A DNA stretch of 64,000 nucleotides from the NCBI GenBank assembly GCA_051294375.1, contig CM119265.1, forward strand, positions 21,638,278 through 21,702,277, given 5' to 3'. Below, piece by piece: positions 1-49,334 of this stretch. The stretch comes from Paraspadella gotoi (lineage: Eukaryota > Animalia > Chaetognatha). The first letter of the stretch is position 1. Each line of letters starts with the position of its first letter. The position numbers were made by a program, and so were the translations under genes. A model generated the notes under the pieces. That model was not told the origin of the DNA. It did not search any database and was given only the letters and a program-made list of their open reading frames with translations.

Positions 1-38119
<38,119 letters not shown>

Positions 38120-38642
38120 TTGTTGAATCAGGTTCGTTTCTTGATCTGTAATGGAATACAATCTCTTCAAAAATATTATACGATTAGTACCAAACAATAT
38201 GATAATACGTTATATAGAAATTGTATAACTATATTTTCGCTTTGATGATTTGAATCATATTTGGCCTACATCTAATTGGCCTACCAACCTATTACCTAAT
38301 TTACTATATAGATTTTCAATTTCAGCTTACTTTGATTTAAGTTATGTGTCATCTTAATTCGTTTGGTTAGTAGTTGGTTTCCATTCGTTGATCCGTTCAT
38401 ACTGGTGTGCCGATCTCCGTTCACCAACGGCCCCTTGAGCGACCCATTTGCTGTTCTAATGGGCTGCAAGTTGACCCTAAAAATTATGGCGAAAAAATTA
38501 AATCAATCAATTCTTCAATCAATCAATGAAATCAACGCCCAAAAATCCCACTAAATCTAATCTCACCTTCGGAATTGAGCGGAACCGTCCATAATGTGTC
38601 CGTGTGATAACAGTTATTGTAAATGATTATTTGTCCGCATGC

Positions 38643-40460
38643 TTAGGTTTTTTTAGACTTTCGACGTTTGTAGCTTTCTTGGGCTTTTCTTACGAGGTTA
38701 GTAGCTCCGCCTGTTAATCTCTGTTAGTTTACAACGGAAATAGTGTCGATTTTTGTGCTTTGTTTGTTATTAACTGGCTGATCGGTTTCGTCACAACCTT
38801 AAATAAAGAATAATACATAGATGTTGAAATAAATACTTCCTGCATTGATTAAATTTAAAAAATGATTCAAAGCAAACAATTCCAAAATTTATCCACAGAC
38901 AGGTTGATACATTTATATAAAAAATAAATTAAATATAAAATTAGTTCAACCCTTAACATTAGGGTTGGCCATAAACATGGCCATTCTGTCAGGTTTTTTG
39001 GGAGGCGAAACTGGGGTGGCCTTCGGCGTCGAAGTGTGTAGCGGAACGGACCGTCTGGGCGACGGCGTGGGCCCCGGTGACGGAGTTTCGCGATCCGTCT
39101 CCGTCTCATCGTCGTCTTCCTCGTCACCGTCCTCGTCACTTTCCTCGTCCGCGTTTCCCGATTCGTCCGCTAAATCCCAACTGACCCGATTGATTGACTT
39201 TTCAGCCTCGACGCCTCCGTCTCCGGCGCGTTTCAACGATGACGCCAGCGCCGGAGTCGAAGGCGTCGCCAGCACCGGCGCCGATGCCGCGTCTCTCATT
39301 CCTGCTGCGGAGGCGATTGGCTTACGCGGCAACGTGGAAGAAGCCGGAGGAGTAACGTCTACGCCCGGCGTAGTCGATGGCGGCGTCGTTGCTAACGTAG
39401 GAACCGATGTAGATCGCCTTTGTTCCGCCATGGATAAACCACTTTCTCTGAATTGGTTATGAAAGTTGCAAAATTACTTGTTTTAGTTCAAAATATATTT
39501 CTTCTCGATTTTTCATATTTAAACGAAGAATATCTGCGCCGGTGTCTATTAACTCAGTGAGCTTCGTTTGCTACAAATCTTTATCCACAATTCCGCCCCA
39601 ACGGCTCACCTTGCTTCCATCCCCAACGCTCGCGCCGTGTCCAGTCGAGATTCCAGCGTTGAAGGTCGCAGCGAATTTCGAAATTCCTCCGTATCCAAAT
39701 CTGCGTCTATTGCCTGGACGCTCTTGTAGGCTTCTGACAAAATCTGAACCCATACATAGGTTTACATACAGTTTGTTACCGGTCATTAGTCAATTACGGA
39801 AGAAACGCTTAAAGATCTTAAATTATTTCTTACCTCCAAAGACTTGGCGTGGAAAGCCAGTTCCACATTGACAAACTCTTTGAGAGCGGCTTTCAGATCG
39901 AGGACTTTGCGTTTTTCGAAACTGTCTATTTGCTCCTCCAGCAAGAGTTCCAATCTCGACGAGTCGACGGAGGCTTGATGAAGTCGCGATTCTGCCTGAG
40001 TGATGCCCTGTTGATCTCCCGGGTTCTTATCCTGAAGCTTTTGCAGTTGCATCAACTTCCTCAACTCCCGATCCCTGGAAGCGAAGCTAACTTTGAGGTC
40101 CTCGGCGGCGCTGCGACAGACGGCGTCGTAATCTTTCAAAGGGTGGATGACACGAGAATCCAGTCGTTGAATCTCGCAATTGCGGTAATCCTGGATGGCG
40201 GCAACGCTTTCGGAGAACTTTTTCAAAGCCTCCTTTAACGAGGAACTCATGGTCTCTGACTGAGAGAATTGCAATAATGTCAAGGCAAGATGGTCGCAAC
40301 GATCCCGCAGTCGAGCCGTCTTTCGCGCCACCCCGCCAAATGATTCAACGATCGCGCCAAAGTGACGATTGACGCCCTCGATGCGGGTTTGTAAGAATTT
40401 TGCCTGGTTCTCGCTTTCGAGAATGGCGCTGTTGTTGCGCCCTAAAACCCCAGAGAGCAT
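38643..40460 (-). CDS. CIBAR1: CIBAR/FAM92 BAR-domain ciliary protein
   Basis: Exon 1 39834-40460 (ARKTARLRD.., IQDYR..EIQRL, FEKRKVLDLK..F..VELAFHAKSLE); exon 2 39610-39743 (ILSEAYKSVQAIDADLDTEEFRNSL); exon 3 from 39447 is low-complexity. The C-terminus is uncertain: stop at 38946 if unspliced, or 38643 via a last exon GATNLVRKAQESYKRRKSKKT. Confidence 0.85.
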
Positions 40461-40770
40461 GACGCCAGGGAAATTAATTTCTGAAAAATTTACAAAATTA
40501 GAAAATTAAATTGACTGAGAAAACTGACGGATGAATATCATAAGATTATTCAAATGCAACATGATTGATTCAGTACAACTATCATTAACAAACAATACAC
40601 AATAATAAGGACCCGCCGATTCGTCGTGCTTCTCAAACGCCTCCGAGAATCTTGTTCATTTTCTAAATTAAAAAAAAAACATTTAATTTACATTATAGTT
40701 TTATATAAACATAATTTTTCTTTAATTTTTTTTTTTTTTTTTTGACAGGTCTGAAATGGTTATTTTTTTA

Positions 40771-40799
40771 ATTGCTAAGGACGCAACTACCTTGGTAAC
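40771..40799. promoter_or_regulatory. Tandem X-box (RFX)-like motifs upstream of CIBAR
   Basis: ATTGCTAAGGACGC and ACTACCTTGGTAAC resemble GTTNCCATGGNAAC, ~320 nt upstream of the CIBAR ATG; CCAAT at ~40807. Motif match only. Confidence 0.35.
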
Positions 40800-42399
40800 A
40801 GCCTCAACCAATGAGAAGAACAATATCAAGAGTATAAGCCTTCGACACTCATTTCCTCCAATCATATTGCAAAATCGAATAGAGGAGATTTGAGATTTAG
40901 TTTCAGCAGACGAATCAGAAGCCGCATTATTAATTTGTGAATCCCAATATTTTAGCCAATACGAAGGCAATTCTGGTCTCAGTAAGCCAATTGAACGTTT
41001 CATAAATTCGTTTGACAGTCACGATTTTTGTAAAACTTTCTTGCTAACTAATTTGACTTGTTTTTGCTCAAACACTTATTTAATTATGCTATAACTTTAA
41101 GTATAATCTCGAATTTTCATAGATAAATACCTAAAAATAAAGAATACTACGAAATAAATTTTCAGTACAAACTTACTGACTCACACGGGCATGTGCTGAT
41201 TTTTGATCGATATATACGTGGAGTTTTGTTGGAGCAAGCCGGTCCAGAAATATAAAGAGAAAGGTATTTTCGGTGAGTGTTACGGGAAACAATTTTTTTG
41301 TCCTAAATATGATATTATCGGTTCTTAACTAGCTAATATTAAGTCAGGGGCAGGCAGCTTATTTATTAAATTAATGGATAATTTTTATATTGGTTATACC
41401 TATTTCCTAAAATTCAGCTCCTTGTATTTTGATGCTGGGCTCAGTACAATATGGTATTCCCCGATGTAAAACTTAACTAAAATTTTTACTTAATCTAAAA
41501 ATTCAAACTCTTTTCATACAATAATTCAATTGAAACTTTCTTTGAGATATTATACCACTTCATTGATAGAGAAGCCAGGTACTCTGGGAGTTAATAAACG
41601 AGACTGAGAGAGTCTTGATTAAAAGTTTTCAGGGACCTGCTATGTCATTAAATTGTCATTATCCTGTAAGAGTGATCGAAGACTTAAACCACCAAAGACA
41701 GAGGCATGATAGCCTATTAATTAAATGAATGGATAATTTTTACATTGGTTGGACCTATTTCATAAATAGATGTGTTAGCTTAAAATCCTCCAACCGTTCT
41801 GGTTATTGGAGCCTCTTAACTAAAATGTGTCGGGTTCAGGCCCGGTCGCCGTTTATAAGTTAGGGCCAGCTGTTTGTCCCCCCTACAGTATTATATATGT
41901 GCTTAGCGGTCAGGATTCATGTAATGCTATGTATAAAATTTGAGTATAGAGGCCGAGCCCGTTGACGCTTCAAAAATACCATATTAGATTATGACATTAC
42001 AAACATGTAAAAATACGATGTTGCGCCGATGCAATTATAAGAGCAAACATTATATAGACAAATTTATTTTTAAATAAATTATATTGTGTGAACGAGTGTA
42101 TCACACTTTTATAAATACCCGATATTTTTTAATAAGAATGGTAATAATTTAATTTCACCGTACTTCACGTTGTATCATAATTGTTCTTTTTTACAGTCAC
42201 GTGAGCAGTTATACAAGCCAATCATGCATCGTAGTTTTTCTACGCTCAAAATTGTTATTAAACAAAAACAAAAATGGGAGAATGTTCGATGATTGTTCTA
42301 TTTTTTTTAAATTAGAGTAGTTTAAATCATAACGATAGACTCATTAGTCGAAACAATGCGCAAAAATCTGTTGTCGTTCCTGCGACTGTAGGAAGAGGA

Positions 42400-43647
42400 T
42401 ATCGAGACTTGATTCTCGTCCCATTAAACTTCATCGACAACCGATCTGCCGACTAGATCAAAGTACCGCAGTACCTGAAAATGATGAGGCCTCAAAATCC
42501 AGACCATGACCAGGCATCTCTTTAATCATTCTTTCGACGGCCTGGGATATGACAATTGAATTTAGAAACGCTCAAAGAAACTTTAATATCTTATTAATTT
42601 CACTAAGGTTAAGTTGTAGTCCTGTGAAAATGCGGTTCAGTAACAATTAAGTCATCCCAACTGATAACATTATAAATAGATCAGCTTCAAAATTGAGAGC
42701 ACGGCGGGTTTAAAAATTCGGGGAGAGTCATCTCCTGTTTCTCTTCCATCACGGATTTCCAGCAATTTTTCAACAGCAAATTCTCGGATGGTTTTTATCG
42801 TCAGAAGCTGCCAACGTAACAGTAGGTTTTCTGGCATGAACAAAATAGCTTTTTACGATATGGTTGAAACAATTTCCCTAATAGCGTTTGGCAGCAACTT
42901 TAAAAACTGAATTTATGGAAAAAATATGAAAAGGGGCTTTTAGGATTGATGGAGCCGCCGCTTTGATTTTAAACAAAATTTTGATCAATATTTCGAGACA
43001 TTATATAAAAAGAACCAATTTTGTCACTAGGGAAAACCAGCCTTTGCAGTCAGATCAGTTTTTCTACAATGTCATCAAAAAATCCAAGTCGAATTGCCGT
43101 TGTTAACCAACGTGCTTGTGCAAATGGGGCCAGGAGTGAGACTTTTTAATTCTACCAAACGAAGCAAGCGAATAGATTTAAAAGATAGAAAATTTTTTGG
43201 TCATGGAGAGATCGTCTGACAAACATTATGGCGTATAAAAATGTCTTCACCACTAAAATAGGGAAAAACTTTTTTTCCACTCTCAATTTTTCTACTTTCG
43301 GCCAAAACGTGTCCGATTTCTCCTTTAACGTCGCCTCCTTCCCGCGGAAGTTTCACCAATTTCCTTCGCGATAAGGTGACGAGAGCAATTCCATTAGTGT
43401 GCAACATGCACACTGACCATAAGCATCGGCGTCCTAGAAGTTTTTCTAAACTGGCGAAGACCCTCCGTGATGGCCAGTATTTACGGCGGTTGAATCCCTC
43501 CAATTACTCTGTATTGAATAAAATGTTTAGGAATTCAATTATATTTAAATTTAGTTCCAAAAACGTCAACTTATTGACAACGATCATGACGGTTTTCAGA
43601 CCAAGAATTATTATTTGAAGAAACAGAGTTGAAACGTATATAACATT

Positions 43648-43679
<32 letters not shown>

Positions 43680-45145
43680 TATGAGTGTTGCGTGTTTGTT
43701 TTGTCGGTGACTTTATCACAAAATCATTACCAACCAATCATCATTTTCTATTTTTCACTGCATGTCACTTATATTGCTAATTTTATGATGATTCCAGAAT
43801 TAAGAAATATTTTTTTATGTAAACATATAAACATCAAAACTTACTTGATGTCGTCTGTTAGATTTTTCTCATTTAGGAATTCAAACAAAGCTTTCGTAGT
43901 TGGCGCTGCTTTTTCCCTCGGAGTGAGGTGAGTCAAATACTCGCCCGTCGGGATCATCGTTTATGACACAATATCTCCTTTCTCCTTATTCGTTTTCTTC
44001 CATTTCCCTTGATCATCTTCACCATCTTCAGCGTTTCAACTTCCTTGCCGTTCGAAAAATAAGCCTTCGACATTGCTATTTGTCTCTTCGCTTTGAAGTT
44101 CCTTTCGCATTCGCCTCCCGAGCCGCCGAGACCTTGTGACGGTCGATGGCCTCTGACTGATTTGTCTTCCGTGACGATCCCGTACATCGATAAAAACCGC
44201 CGTGGCGAATAGCGGCACAATACGGTCAGATGCCACGGCCACCGGTCTGCTCCCGAGCTAGAATTGTCAAGGTGACGTAGGTTCTCTGCCAATGAATTTA
44301 AAAATAAACTTTTTAATTACAGACGAAAGTTATGAATAAATAAGGAAACTAATATATAATAACTGATAAATTATAATAATAAAAATGATAAAAGTTTTAA
44401 GTTTAATTATGAAACAAAAATGTTATATATATATAATAAGCTTATAAAATTCAGGGACTTAAATAAAAAAATACCTTCTTGTAAGATTATCTCCTTCACA
44501 GGACAAATTTTCAGAATCACAAGGTTCCTGAACTTCAATAAAAAACGGGGAGGGGCACATCGTATTTCTGTTTCAATGAGACGGCGGAAATATTTGGTGT
44601 TATCTCGGGTTGAAGTCGTTCTTTTTTCCTATTCAATAAAATACCTGATGATAGAAATGTTTTAATTTATGAAACAAATATTTGGTTACCTCTATTGCCG
44701 TTGATTTCTATTTCAAGTGTTTTAGTTGTTTTCCGATCCAGTAACCAATAGCCATTTTCCCTAGCACTTGCAGTTTTGTTTCGTTGGTCGTAGATAAAGC
44801 TGAGTTCGATCAATGGAATTTTAGTTCACCTTTTTTGCACATGGCAATAAACGATGCGCGCTGCCATTCACAATCCCATCGCATCCCGACTCGGAGCAAC
44901 CCCAGTGATCGGCATCTTGCACGTTTAAAATGTCAAAGAGTTTTGTCGAGACGATCGGCAAAGTTATGAGAGCGCGCACCAGTTGCGACCGATGAATTTG
45001 CGTAAGAAGTATTCCACTCACGTTTTATTCTACTGTGATGCTGTCCAAAGTTTGCAATCGGAGAGAGGAATTGGCTCGCCTTGTAACGTTACAAATGTTT
45101 CGCCACAGATTTAAAAAACGCCGTGTTTTAAGACTTCCCTTCCAG
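42400..45145 (-). mobile_element. Degenerate hAT-superfamily-like DNA transposase (frameshifted, intron-containing remnant)
   Basis: Motifs in the expected order across several frames: GEYLTHLTP (~43925-43950), DSTAVNTG..GG (~43465-43497), LEKLLGRRCLWSVCMLHTN (CxxH), ARWLTTA (~43095-43115), PENLLL (~42818-42835), QAVERMIK (~42522-42545). Many stops and frameshifts; ends and subfamily not determined. Confidence 0.7.
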
Positions 45146-45900
45146 CTGAATATAAACAAAAGAATGTTAGACCTTTCTGTCTATCATCCGAAAATGTTTT
45201 AAACTCAAGACAAATAACTTAAACAGCACAATACCTTTTAAATTATTAGCGTGACAACATTACATCGCAAGAGTTGGCAGTTGCGAAGGATTCAGTGGTT
45301 TTGAACTGCCAAGAACTTCATCCTCCTGACTACGAGTTAAAACTTTTTGTATTTAGGCATTTTAAAAAACTATTCTAGTTCTATAACTACTACTATTTCT
45401 AAATAAAAAAATTAACAAAAGCTATTCGAAAAGTTCCTTAGTAACCATTAAACAATTGAGAACGAAATGTTAACCCGAAAAAAACCGAACGCTGATTGGT
45501 CAGTTAATCGTGAGTCGTTGTGTTGGATTAATTTTTTTATTTTGCTGATGACGTGATTTTTTTAACTTAATGAGTTAAGCGCGATTTTCATCCGCGAAAA
45601 CAAAATAATCCCACAATTTAGCCCCAAAAAGTGATTTTGAAGATGATAATTTTGGAAAAAGACATTTGATTTAAGCGAAGGAAAACATATTTCAATATTT
45701 TATTTTTGTTCGATCAACGAAATAAAAAAAAAGAGCTTAATATGCTCCGCCTATTGTGTATAGTCCAGACGAGCATCTATAACTCAGATGCTGTTTTTTC
45801 ATAATGATTTTTTTGTCTACAAAAAAATCAGGTTAATGATTGAATACTGAAAAGATTAATCTTTTTATTATTTTTAAATAGGTCACGACACCTATCCAAC

Positions 45901-48156
45901 ATGGGCCAAGGAGGGAAGATTAAAAATGCAAATGGAGAAAGCTACTACTCGAAAAATAAGAAAAAGTCCAAGAAATCTAAAAAAAATGAGGAGGAAAAGA
46001 AAGTCCACAAGACAAGCAACTTAAAATGGTTCTTCTTTGCTCTAATTGTTGGATTTTTAGCAGTCGCTGGGGCTCTCTTCTATATTCAGGGAGGGGTTTC
46101 ATTGCACAAAGACTATTATGAATTAGCAAAACGATCTATGGGGCTTCATTCAGATAAGAAAATTCTGAATGAGGCCACTGAAAAATTTTCGGAGGAAGAT
46201 CCTGTAGAGGAATTGCGGTTGAAAAAAGTTCAAATAGATGACATTGACATCAGTCAAGAAGCTGAAATAAAATATGAAAACATCGACAGTACTGAATATA
46301 CTTTCCAAAATGAAAATAAAGATATCCCAGAAACCGAAAAAAATACAAAAGAACCTGATAACATTACCACTGCAGATAGTTGGACTCGCGACTACGGAGA
46401 TCCCAAGGATAGTTATGATGAAAGTGAGGAAACTACAGAAAAAATTGAAATGACTGATAAAATCAACAACCAACCTAAACTTGAAAAAATCGATGAAGAA
46501 ACAAATTTTGATTCTTCACAAAGGGAAACTGGAGATGAATTAGCCGAAAGTATTAAGGAGTCTGAAGAATCTTCTGGAATTCAACCTCCTGAAAATAAAA
46601 TACCGAATGTAGTAAATGTAGAGGGCGAAGGAAAAATGGAAAAGGAACAAAACATCCCACCAACAAATGAAAATGAAAAACAATTCAAAAATGATTACGA
46701 AGATAAAATTTTGTTTTCTGATATGAAGGAGGAAAAGTTACAGGCGATGCTATCAGAAGATGCGCAACTCGTTGATTCATTAAGTAATTTAGGCATAGAT
46801 CCAACAAATATTTTTCTGGTAGATGGTGTTGCCGATGATGGAAGTCAAAATAACAAGAATATAAATAAAGAAAATTTAAATAAAGAATCAGATGATATTG
46901 ATTTACATGATGATAATTTAAATATGGATGATAATGTAGATGAGATAGGAACAATAAAAGAAGTTTTTGAACAGCCTAAAAAAGATAACAATGAACCTGA
47001 ATTTACAAATGAAAATGAAGAAAAATTAACACCAAAACTTGATGAAGACCCTTTGATTTTAGACGCACTGAGAGATTTAGAGATTGATGCCACTAAGATT
47101 TCTTTCGTAAATGGAGTCAGCGAAGGCAAAATTGACAATGAAATTATTAATGATGAACAAGTGCGCGACGATCAAAATGTGTTTATTGAGCCTTTAGAAG
47201 AAGAATTAATTAAAGATGGAGAGCAAAAAATTAACGTAATTAAAAACGAAAATGAAGATTTAGAAATGGTTTCAAATGTAGAAGATTATACTGAAAGTAC
47301 TGAAAAAGCATTTCAATTTCTTTCACCCTCATTAGAAGTAGAAGAAAAAAATAAAGAACGTGAAGATGTTGAGATAAAAGAGCTAAATGAATTTAATGTA
47401 CTTCATACAGAAACCAATTTTGTAAATGAAATTGAAAAAGATAACATAGAGCGTGAGATTGAAGAGTTGGAAACAATGTCTGACATTGAAGATTATCATA
47501 TTGCTGATGATACAGAAAGATCGCAATTTTTTTCATCCGATAGAGAAATTGAAATAGATGAAAAAGAAATCAGTAATCTTGAATATGAATTTGACAAACA
47601 AAGTGCAGATGCAGAAAATGCAGATAAACTGGATCAAGAAGTAAATGAACATTATGAAAAAACCAGTTTCGGAGACCAAGGCGAACTCATAGCAGAGGAT
47701 GCTAAAGAAGTCCATGAAAGTGAAGAGAGCGCTAAGAATGAAGTATATATTGAAGAAAAGTCATTGGAATCACACCAAGAACTAATAAAGGAAAAGTTTT
47801 CAGTTGTCCACGATGAAAATGATCAGGATCAGTTCTCTCATGAAAATCTCATATATGAAAACAATGATGTGTCTGATGAATGCCCACGAAAAAAGAATAG
47901 TAATAGCCAAAAAACTGAATCAAAACAAGAAGAAAGTGATGATAATCCAGGTCTTTCAAAAGATGAAGTTTTACCAGAATCACTAGATGAATACAAAGAT
48001 TCAAAAGAATGCGCCAAAAGAAAAGTGAATAATGATCAAGAAACTGATACAAACAGTCAATTAAATTCTGATGAGGAATTAGCTGGAAACATGTTGCCGG
48101 AAGCAAATGATGTGCCGCCTTCATGGGAAGATATTGCAAATGGACACTTTGATTGA
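45901..48156 (+). CDS. Highly acidic type II single-pass membrane protein (junctate/ASPH N-terminus-like topology), 751 aa, single coding exon
   Basis: Lys-rich N-terminus, TM segment WFFFALIVGFLAVAGALFYI, then ~690 aa D/E/N/K-rich region; 5'UTR intron at ~45832-45881. Confidence 0.85.
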   Translation: MGQGGKIKNANGESYYSKNKKKSKKSKKNEEEKKVHKTSNLKWFFFALIVGFLAVAGALFYIQGGVSLHKDYYELAKRSMGLHSDKKILNEATEKFSEEDPVEELRLKKVQIDDIDISQEAEIKYENIDSTEYTFQNENKDIPETEKNTKEPDNITTADSWTRDYGDPKDSYDESEETTEKIEMTDKINNQPKLEKIDEETNFDSSQRETGDELAESIKESEESSGIQPPENKIPNVVNVEGEGKMEKEQNIPPTNENEKQFKNDYEDKILFSDMKEEKLQAMLSEDAQLVDSLSNLGIDPTNIFLVDGVADDGSQNNKNINKENLNKESDDIDLHDDNLNMDDNVDEIGTIKEVFEQPKKDNNEPEFTNENEEKLTPKLDEDPLILDALRDLEIDATKISFVNGVSEGKIDNEIINDEQVRDDQNVFIEPLEEELIKDGEQKINVIKNENEDLEMVSNVEDYTESTEKAFQFLSPSLEVEEKNKEREDVEIKELNEFNVLHTETNFVNEIEKDNIEREIEELETMSDIEDYHIADDTERSQFFSSDREIEIDEKEISNLEYEFDKQSADAENADKLDQEVNEHYEKTSFGDQGELIAEDAKEVHESEESAKNEVYIEEKSLESHQELIKEKFSVVHDENDQDQFSHENLIYENNDVSDECPRKKNSNSQKTESKQEESDDNPGLSKDEVLPESLDEYKDSKECAKRKVNNDQETDTNSQLNSDEELAGNMLPEANDVPPSWEDIANGHFD

Positions 48157-48405
48157 TTTCATCAAACAATTGTTTTCATTTTTTTTTATTAGTTTGATCG
48201 CGTTTTTGGATTAGTTTGATCTCGGGTGTTATTCTCAATCATGTACCGTTGTTCTTTTTTTTTAAATGTAGATAGTCATTTTTTTTCATTACTGTTACAT
48301 CATAATATATTTATAATTATGTGAAAATTAAACCAGCAAGGTTCATTAGTTTATATTCTAAAGCAAACAAATCATAAAATAATTTTTTCAATGCTGGTTA
48401 CACAA

Positions 48406-48484
48406 TTTTTTAGTTGCACGGCGAGTACTCGCGGAGCAACTCAATAAGTCACTTTTCAGTCGGTTGTTATGTCTGTCGGTTGGT
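48406..48484 (-). mobile_element. Terminal fragment of the same HINE family as 15490-15806, inverted
   Basis: TTTTTAGTTGCACGGCGAGTACTCGCGGAGCAACTCAATAAGTCACTTTTCAGTCGG is a near reverse complement of ~15750-15805. Confidence 0.7.
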
Positions 48485-49334
48485 ATACATTAAAAATCCT
48501 TATAACTCAATTTAGTTCATATTTGGAAGCTAAGGTAACATAAAACCTTTAACTTACATTTGTATCATACTTGTGCAGTCACACCTTAAAAATCAGTCAC
48601 ATAACTTAAAATTCAATGCAGTTTAACTGACCACGCAAAACTACTGTCACATAATCACAAAGTAAATGAAGCATATATTGCGTAATATTTGGTTATTTTA
48701 GTGGAAACTTTGCAGTTAAGTTATCAACAATTTGATATTTGTTACATAGTTTTATAGTTATACGATAGTCACAAGATAATGATCACTTGGAAATACACAT
48801 GAAAAGAAAGTCTTGTTCTTGTTTTATAAATTGAGGATAAATTATAGACTAAAGTTTGATATTTTTTCTTCCTAACAATATTTGTTAATCTCTGTCAAAA
48901 AACTTTTACGCTTTCTCTTTTCAATTTTTTTTTCTCTAGTCAAAACAATTATTTTTTTATTGTTTGTCAATAAATTCTAATGCTAATTATTACTGCTGAT
49001 TTTCATTCCAACGGTTAACGTTGATAACTGCACAAAAATCATATAAAAAATTTAAGCACTTAAATACACAGAACATTTTATTTTTTAACTTTTTTGGCCA
49101 TAATTTCTTAAATTACACTTCCCACTAAAGTATATTTTAAGAAAAAATTTTCAAAAAAAAATGTTTGTTAAACAAATATAAGCATGTAAATTGTGCAAAA
49201 GTTGTTCATGTCAGAAATGAAAAGTCATTAAAGACATCCATGAAAAAGCTCAAACATTTCAAATTATTTACGATTTATGTGTGGGCCCTGAAATCTTCTC
49301 AATTCCTGCTTCCTTTCTTTCCTTCTCTGAAGCA

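Noticed and set aside
41365-41765. ~45-nt imperfect direct repeat (AATGGATAATTTTTA.ATTGGTT..ACCTATTTC)
   Set aside because: Two AT-rich copies only; not an array or LTR pair. No CRISPR or other prokaryotic features anywhere in the window.
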